A stretch of 18,087 nt of DNA, from the NCBI GenBank assembly GCA_963709585.1, contig CAVPXI010000012.1:1-18087 (forward strand), in the 5' to 3' direction. Within the stretch, counting starts at the first letter, position 1, and each line of letters begins with the position of its first letter. The notes under the pieces were generated by a model that saw only the letters and a program-made list of their open reading frames with translations, was not told the origin of the DNA and ran no database searches. Made by a program: the position numbers and the translations under genes. This DNA is from Candidatus Dormiibacterota bacterium. Lineage in GTDB: Bacteria > Chloroflexota > Dormibacteria > Aeolococcales > Aeolococcaceae. Below, piece by piece: positions 1 to 6,084 of the stretch.

Positions 1-18
1 CCGCCGTATCAACGGCGG
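1..18. terminator. GC-rich hairpin, possible terminator of an upstream gene
   Basis: CCGCCGT-ATCA-ACGGCGG is a perfect 7-bp stem followed by pyrimidine-rich CCCCTTACCTTTATT. It may be truncated by the window edge. Confidence 0.35.
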
Positions 19-84
19 ACCCCTTACCTTTATTGTCGAGGAGTTGGCGTCAAATTCCTCGGACCTGACCGCTCTATTCGTGCC

Positions 85-402
85 ATGACAGCGCCGAACT
101 CCGTCTTCCTCGCCACCACCGTGGTGTTCGTTGCGCTACTCGGTGGCGCACTCGGTTCCTACGCCGGCGTGGTGGCATCACGGGGCTGGCGCGCGTCGCT
201 TGGCGGCCGTTCGCACTGCGACGCCTGCGGTCGCTCCCTCTCCTGGTACGAGCTTGTCCCTCTGGTCAGTTTCTTCGCACTGCGCGCCCGCTGCCGTACC
301 TGCGGCGCGTCCATTGGCTGGGGTCCGCTTCTCTGGGAGGCCGGCGGCGCAGCGATCGCGCTCCTGATCGCGCTCCCACTCCTGCTGGCGCTCGGCGTCT
401 GA
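85..402 (+). CDS. Stand-alone prepilin peptidase A24 N-terminal (Zn-binding, DiS_P_DiS) domain protein, 105 aa
   Basis: N-terminal TM, then GSYAGVVASR (PilD GSFLNVVIxR-like), RSHCDACGRSLSWYELVPLVSF and RARCRTCGASI (two CxxC), then one TM. It stops before the Asp-peptidase domain. Confidence 0.88.
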   Translation: MTAPNSVFLATTVVFVALLGGALGSYAGVVASRGWRASLGGRSHCDACGRSLSWYELVPLVSFFALRARCRTCGASIGWGPLLWEAGGAAIALLIALPLLLALGV

Positions 403-419
403 CCCCAGCCTCCCCCCAC

Positions 420-752
420 TCAGCCGAGCGCTTGGAGGTTCCCGATGACCACGAGCGCCGCGGAAACAGCCAACGCTGTTCCAACCCACACCGCCACGCG
501 CCTTGGCATCACCATCAGCACTCCGACGATGAGGCTCACCACGATACCCTTGGCGAGCCAGAGCCCAGCCGCGCCATAGGCCTCGTACAGCGAAGCTCCG
601 AACGCGTTGCGTTCGCGCAGGCCGTCGCCGAGCGCCGACACAGTGGTCATGACGTCGAGAACACTGAAGAGCGCATAGGTCAGGATGGCGAAGTAGAAGG
701 CCGCATTGCGATCCCGAGAGTCAACCCGCGAGAGCAGCCGGCTGCGCACCAT
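420..752 (-). CDS. DUF5658-like small membrane protein, 110 aa
   Basis: Three hydrophobic helices with LDVMTT...G.RERN...LAK...N pattern typical of DUF5658; AAGGA just upstream of the ATG. Confidence 0.72.
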   Translation of the reverse strand: MVRSRLLSRVDSRDRNAAFYFAILTYALFSVLDVMTTVSALGDGLRERNAFGASLYEAYGAAGLWLAKGIVVSLIVGVLMVMPRRVAVWVGTALAVSAALVVIGNLQALG

Positions 753-820
753 GGTCCTTGAGTTTACGACGCCGTACTCTTCCGGCGACTCGCCAGGGTC
801 TCGGGCGGCCTGAGGAGTGC

Positions 821-1954
821 TTACGCCGAAAGCAGCGACGCCGGTGGCGGCGGCAACCCGGCTTCATCGACGCCAACCGACGCATGCGTGACGTACGGCG
901 TCCGGTGCCTGATGACCTCGTCCGGGAACATCGAGCGGGCCACCGCATCTGCCTCGCTGACCATCCCCGAGCGGACGAGCCATCCGAGCGCGGCCTCGAG
1001 TGTGCACATGCCTTCGTCGGACGATGTGACCATGACATTGCGCAGCTGCGCCACCTTGTTGTCTCGGATCAGGTTGCGCACCGCGGTATTTGCCATGAGC
1101 ACCTCGAACGCGGCGACGCGACCGCCACCGATCCGGGGTAGCAACTCCTGATGGACGACGGCGAGGAGTGTCGAGCCGAGCTGGACCCGGATCTGCTGCT
1201 GCTGCTCGGGCGCGAAGACGTCGACCATGCGGTGGATCGCCTGGGCGGCGTCGTTGGTGTGCAGCGTGGCGAACACGAGGTGGCCGGTTTCGGCGACGGT
1301 CAATGCGATGGCGATCGACTCGAGATCGCGCATCTCCCCCACCAGGACCACGTCCGGGTCCTCGCGCAGCGCGCTGCGCAGCGCCGCCGCAAACGACGGC
1401 GTGTCGACGCCGACCTCGCGCTGATCGATGATCGAGTTCCGATGCGCGTGCACGTACTCGATCGGGTCCTCGATGGTGATCACGTGGCACGAGCGCTGGG
1501 TGTTGATCGCGTCGATGAGGCTCGCCTGCGTCGTCGACTTGCCGGCTCCCGTCGGGCCGGTGAAGAGCACCAGACCGTGTGGCGCCGCGGCGATCTTTCC
1601 GACCGAGTCGGGCAGGAGCAGTTCCGCGAAACTCGGGATGTGCGTTGGGATCGCCCGCAGCGCGATGGCGACGGTGCCGCGCTGGCGGAACGCATTACCG
1701 CGGACCCGTCCGCGGGCTCCCCACTCGAACGAGAAGTCGACCGCATTCTGCTCCGACAGCGTTTCGCGCTGCTGCGGGGCCAGAAGCTCGCGGGCGAGGC
1801 CGTCGGTCTCCTCGGGACGGAGTTCCTCGTCCCGGTAGCGCACGAGAATTCCGTCGATGCGCAACATCGGCGGCGCCCCCGCGCTGATGATCACGTCGGA
1901 CGCGCCACGATCGAAAAGGGCATCGAGAAGCTCGCGAACCGATACCGATTCCAT
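821..1954 (-). CDS. pilT: Type IV pilus retraction ATPase, PilT/PilU family
   Basis: ASD..I N-terminus, Walker A GPTGAGKST, Asp box TIEDPIE, ALREDPDVVLVGEMRD, His box GHLVFATLH and AVRNLIRD (AIRNLIRE-like). Start taken at ATG 1954 (MESVSV). Confidence 0.95.
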   Translation of the reverse strand: MESVSVRELLDALFDRGASDVIISAGAPPMLRIDGILVRYRDEELRPEETDGLARELLAPQQRETLSEQNAVDFSFEWGARGRVRGNAFRQRGTVAIALRAIPTHIPSFAELLLPDSVGKIAAAPHGLVLFTGPTGAGKSTTQASLIDAINTQRSCHVITIEDPIEYVHAHRNSIIDQREVGVDTPSFAAALRSALREDPDVVLVGEMRDLESIAIALTVAETGHLVFATLHTNDAAQAIHRMVDVFAPEQQQQIRVQLGSTLLAVVHQELLPRIGGGRVAAFEVLMANTAVRNLIRDNKVAQLRNVMVTSSDEGMCTLEAALGWLVRSGMVSEADAVARSMFPDEVIRHRTPYVTHASVGVDEAGLPPPPASLLSA

Positions 1955-2100
1955 GCGTCCAGTCAACCACAGCGGGGCCCCGCACAACGTGATGCATCTG
2001 TGTCAGCGGCCCAGAGGCGTGCGCTGACCGACCCGCGCCTGCCGGTTGGCCTGCGCCGATAGCCGTCGTCGCTACCGGCGCAAGACCCGGTACGCGATCG

Positions 2101-2425
2101 TTAGAAGGAGATCCTCCAGATCCCGCGGCCATGGGTGCCCGCGTAGATGTAGCCGTCGGGACCGACCGTGACGTCATTGACTGAAGCGTTCGGCAGCCCG
2201 GTACCGAGCCTCGACCACGCGGTCGACGCACCATGGCCGCGGCTGCGGTGAACATGCCGAGGTCAGTCGCCAGCGCCAGCTTGCCGTGATCGAGCAGCAG
2301 GGCACCCGACGCGATGTCCGGCAGGTTGCCCGAGATGTCGGTCCAGGACAGCCGTAGTTGGTGGCGATGCCCGAGGCGAAGCTCTGGCCTGGGTTGCCGC
2401 CACCGGCGACCCAGGCGGCTTGGAC
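2101..2425 (-). pseudogene. C-terminal remnant of a BNR/VPS10-like beta-propeller (glycosyl hydrolase-like) protein
   Basis: Manual translation across two frame changes (about 2350 and 2237): AAWVAGGGNPGQSFASGIATNYG / SWTDISGNLPDIASGALLLDHGKLALATDLGMFTAAA / GHGASTAWSRLGTGLPNASVNDVTVGPDGYIYAGTHGRGIWRISF* (TAA at 2101-2103). No start codon or N-terminal blades. Confidence 0.78.
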
Positions 2426-2603
2426 GTCGTGTGCGCCATACCCTCGCGTCGGGGCGCTGGACGATGATGTATACGCCGGCGTAGATCGCCGAGAACGCCC
2501 CCAGCGGCGTTTCGGGTCAGCGCCGCAAGAAGGTGAGCGCGATGGCTGCCACGCTCACCAGCCGCCCCGATGTTGACGCTCGAGGCGCGCGGTGTATGCG
2601 GAG

Positions 2604-3290
2604 CTACAGGAGATGGACCGGTGTGCTCGCGTAGTTGACGACCACCGTGAAGGTGTCGGTCGCCGTGCCGTTGACAGTGTAGTGCAGGTTCCACCACCCG
2701 CCATTGCCTGCCGCGTAGTTCGAGGGGATCTGCAACTGGAACAGCACCCAACGTGAGTTGAAGATGTTGGGTGAAGCGTGGCCCGCGCAGCTATTTGTTT
2801 CGTCCGTGTTGATGAGCGCCTGGGTGGCGACAGGCTGAACCGCCGTGCTGGCGCAGGAGTCCACTGTGTTGACCGCTAGGCTCGGCGTTGGAGTTGTGTT
2901 CCGATTGACCCCCAGGTCGAAGACAGGAACCCCCGACGACGCCGTGAGCAGGCACGGCGCTGGATTGGGGCTGCAGCTCTGCGTGTCAGGATTCAGAATT
3001 GAGATCTGGTTGCTGCCGCCGACGTCGCCGACATCGAAGATATAGAAGTTGATCGTCTGGCCGGCGTAGTCATTGGGAAGGTTGAAGAGGGGGACGGAAA
3101 ACCCCGATCCAGACGATGAGATCGGCGTGTACACCGCAAGCTCGTCGAGTGCCGATACCTGGCAGCCCGGGTCCGCGCACTGCGCCCCCCCCGCTACCGC
3201 CAACTGCAGCGCGTAACCCTTGTGGGCCCGCGAGCACGGCGACGCGCCCGCATCATCGCCGGGGCGCAGGCCTTGGTAATCGAGCATGTC
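2604..3290 (-). CDS. C-terminal part of the TadG-like protein (downstream of a 1-nt frameshift)
   Basis: ORF 2604..3491 looks protein-like only from DMLDYQG onward (AHKGYA, FDVGDVGG, WWNLHY, DTFT...PVHLL). It joins the upstream part at SYRLRV|DMLDY if one base near 3291 is removed. Confidence 0.75.
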   Translation of the reverse strand, partial: DMLDYQGLRPGDDAGASPCSRAHKGYALQLAVAGGAQCADPGCQVSALDELAVYTPISSSGSGFSVPLFNLPNDYAGQTINFYIFDVGDVGGSNQISILNPDTQSCSPNPAPCLLTASSGVPVFDLGVNRNTTPTPSLAVNTVDSCASTAVQPVATQALINTDETNSCAGHASPNIFNSRWVLFQLQIPSNYAAGNGGWWNLHYTVNGTATDTFTVVVNYASTPVHLL

Positions 3291-4557
3291 GAACTCGGAG
3301 CCGGTAAGACCCCGGCGCCAGAGAGCCCCCAGCGAGCGTCTTGGTCGGGTGAAGGATGTTGTACGTCGTTCCTCCAACGGTCCACGCAGTCGAGGCGGTC
3401 GGCGGGCTCCCAACGTCCATCCACCCGTGGTAGATGTTATTGACCACGAAGGTGTAAGCCGCCCCCGAGAGGGTCTTGCCGTTGCGCACATCGACGATGG
3501 AGGTGACCGCGCTACCCGAGGTCGTGACGTTCAGCGGATCGACGATGACCTGGCTGATCGGCGTGTCCTTGGTGTGGTCGAAGATGTCGTTGACCTTGAA
3601 CAGGGTGTACTCCATCGCGGAGTACTGGTCCGTGTAGGAGTTGCCGGTGAAGCTTGTGTCCTGCTCGTGCATGTTGTAGCTATCGCCGGCCACCGGATTG
3701 AACCCGTTGTCCGGTGCAAAGGCAGGGTTGTAGACCTGGACATACCCTGCAGGGACCGTGCTCGGCACCGCGACCGAGAAGTTGTACCCTCCGCGTTCGG
3801 GCAGGACGTTCACCCCTGCGGCGGTCAGGGTGCCGTCAGAGACGTCGCTACCAAGGTTCGCGCTGAGCGCGTGGACGTCGGTCGACGTTCCGTATCCCGC
3901 TGTGGTCTCGTTGCCGACAGTGCATGAGGCGAAGGTGGTGTTGACATTATTGGGATCATATGCGTCACCCTCTGAACGATCGTTGCCGTACCCTTCCGAA
4001 CGAAGGAAATAGTAGTTACCGCCGGTGCCGAGTGCGCTCTCTGTGCTTCCGAGCTGCGCTCCAGGCTGGCCGAGCGCGATCGGGGGGAGATAGAACGCGG
4101 TGTCGGACGCCGTGACCGGGTGGGCCACGAATCCGAGAACCCGCAGAAATGTGGGCTGGACATACGCCTTGACCGTCACGTTGAGCTTGTTGGCCGAACA
4201 GGCGGATCCTGAGCAACCGACGGGGTACCGGGAGACTGTCACGCTGACCGGGTTGCCGTTGATGATGCTCCCGTTGGCGAACCCGTCGCGGGCGGTCGCC
4301 GCGCATACCGCCGCGTCGGCCGCGCCGCTCGCGCAACCGGTCCCACCAAATCCGCCGGGCATGTACGGGACGCCCGCGAGTGCGCCTGCCGCGGCCGCGC
4401 GTTCAGCGCCGTTGTACGAAAGGTACGAGAGCCCGGCGTCCACTGCAAGGCCGGTGACCGCGAAGAGGAGCACCGCGATCAACGCGAAGATCGCCATGAC
4501 CTGGCCCTTTGCGGCACGGCGCCCTCGGCGTGCCACGCCGGCGTTCTGTACGCTCAT
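3253..4557 (-). CDS. TadG-like pilus protein with N-terminal pseudopilin (Tad) helix, N-terminal part; about 650 aa if the frameshift is corrected
   Basis: AGGAGG 6 nt upstream of ATG 4557; RRAAKG|QVMAIFALIAVLLFAVTGLAVDAG...AERAAAAGALAG is the Tad N-terminal motif; long Thr/Ser/Gly/Asn-rich extracellular region with Cys pairs. Confidence 0.82.
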   Translation of the reverse strand: MSVQNAGVARRGRRAAKGQVMAIFALIAVLLFAVTGLAVDAGLSYLSYNGAERAAAAGALAGVPYMPGGFGGTGCASGAADAAVCAATARDGFANGSIINGNPVSVTVSRYPVGCSGSACSANKLNVTVKAYVQPTFLRVLGFVAHPVTASDTAFYLPPIALGQPGAQLGSTESALGTGGNYYFLRSEGYGNDRSEGDAYDPNNVNTTFASCTVGNETTAGYGTSTDVHALSANLGSDVSDGTLTAAGVNVLPERGGYNFSVAVPSTVPAGYVQVYNPAFAPDNGFNPVAGDSYNMHEQDTSFTGNSYTDQYSAMEYTLFKVNDIFDHTKDTPISQVIVDPLNVTTSGSAVTSIVDVRNGKTLSGAAYTFVVNNIYHGWMDVGSPPTASTAWTVGGTTYNILHPTKTLAGGSLAPGSYRLRVRHARLPRPAPRR

Positions 4558-4559
4558 CA

Positions 4560-5199
4560 CTACCCTCCTGACTCTGTATGGCGCGAAGCACATGGTCTCG
4601 TACTGCGCAGCCTGCACATTGAAGAAATTGATCGGCGCCGAGGCCTGGAAGTGGAAGAGCAGACGCACGCCGATTGCCAGCTCGTTTGGATGATTTTGAG
4701 TACGCTTGTCGAGCGTGTATCCCGCAGTCCCCTGCAGCGTCCAGACACCACCGCTCAGCTTGTACACATCCGTGGGATCAACGGCTGCCACATATTTACC
4801 GCTGATGTTGGTCGGGTCGCTGCAGAGGCTCGTCGAGTTGGTGCAGGCCCCTGCGGACGCGCACGGATCGTAGATATCGATCTCATCAAACGACGCGACG
4901 TTGGTCATGCCTTTGGCAATCGTCACCAGGCTGGTGACGATGTCCTGGTCGACCGCGCAGGGGTTGGTCGTGCTCGCGCCCATGCAGGCCGCGGTCTGTG
5001 CTGCTGCGGTTCCGTACCCGTAGTTGGCCACCTCGGCGCCGAGCCGAGCACCCGCTCTCGTCGCCTGACCGGCAATGTCCATGTCTGAGATGAACGAGCC
5101 GGAGGTGTACACGCCCGCGAACATCACGAGCAGGATCGGCAGGACGAAGCAGAACTCCACCAAGGACTGGCCGCGCTGACGACGCTGTCTCGGATTCAT
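4560..5199 (-). CDS. TadE-family pseudopilin (second copy), about 212 aa; as sequenced it reads in frame into TadG
   Basis: ATG 5199 overlaps the upstream TGA (TGATG); RRQRG|QSLVEFCFVLPILLVMF...ATRAGARLGA. Probable natural end is CFAP-TESGG* (TAG 4560-4562), reached by removing one base near 4578. Confidence 0.8.
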
Positions 5200-5867
5200 C
5201 AGCTGGCGTTGGTCTCGGGTTCGAGCCGGAACGTCTTGAGCGCAGTCAAGTTGAAGTTGCCTCCAACGTCGGTGAAGAAGCGATACGAATAGGTAACCTT
5301 CAATGCAACGAATGAACTGAGCCCGTTGACAACGTTGCGAACCGACGGCGGCCACGGCGGACATTGGGACGGATCGCCCGAGGACGACGCGCAACTGCTC
5401 CATGCGTCCGTCGCGACGACGGCCGACCCGCTGAATGTGTACCGGTTAACGCATTCATTGGGTCCGTCGACACCCGTTGGGCCGCCCACGCACCCCGTCT
5501 GAATCATCGGCGTGCCGTCCGCATGCACCGAGAACCCGTCATTGGTGGCATTGGTCACCAACTCCTGGACGTCGATCTCGGTGACTTTGACGAGAGAGGT
5601 TGTCTGCAAGCCTGCGGTAGCCATCTTCTGGATCGACGCGATGTCAGCATTCGATGCCAGGCCGAGTCCCGCGATCGAGTTGCTCCCGACGGTCGTGGAC
5701 TGGTCCACCGCGTTGATGCTGTAGAGCAGCAAGCCTCCGTCGATCATCGCGAAGATGGCAAAGAAGAAGACCGGCGCGACGATCATGAACTCGACCAGTC
5801 CCTGGCCGTGTTTCCGTCGCCGACGCCTTGGCGACGCGTCGGGATAGCGGACGGATGCGTCCCTCAT
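5199..5867 (-). CDS. TadE-family pseudopilin, 222 aa
   Basis: Basic leader RRRRRKHG|QGLVEFMIVAPVFFFAIFAMIDGG (G-1/E+5 prepilin motif); C-terminal WPP..R...V.Y.Y.F pattern; four Cys. Confidence 0.88.
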   Translation of the reverse strand: MRDASVRYPDASPRRRRRKHGQGLVEFMIVAPVFFFAIFAMIDGGLLLYSINAVDQSTTVGSNSIAGLGLASNADIASIQKMATAGLQTTSLVKVTEIDVQELVTNATNDGFSVHADGTPMIQTGCVGGPTGVDGPNECVNRYTFSGSAVVATDAWSSCASSSGDPSQCPPWPPSVRNVVNGLSSFVALKVTYSYRFFTDVGGNFNLTALKTFRLEPETNAS

Positions 5868-6084
5868 GCCTAGATAATCCCTGGGACTCGCGACGCCAGA
5901 GTGAAGGTCGGCGATTCGTCACAAGGAGCCTACGGCGTCGTAGCAACGCCTCCGCGGATGGAGCCTTACTTTCACGGCTCGGCCTACTCCCCACGCCAGT
6001 GTCGCTTCGGCAGAGGTGCAGATGCGCCGGGCAGAGAGCACCCCGCCCCGTGACGGCAGTCGGATGTTTCGTGACCGCCCTTCG

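Noticed and set aside
1151-2062. 303-aa plus-strand ORF opposite pilT
   Set aside because: Antisense shadow; the minus strand has all PilT motifs.
5200-5403. N-terminal extension of the 716-aa ORF 3253..5403
   Set aside because: It overlaps the first tadE in another frame; the real start is ATG 5199 at the TGATG junction.
5868-6084. Possible c-di-GMP riboswitch upstream of tadE
   Set aside because: Only short hairpins (GAGCC...GGCTC; CTACG-ACGC-CGTAG on the minus strand). Class I and II consensus elements were not recognised by eye; an Infernal search would be decisive.
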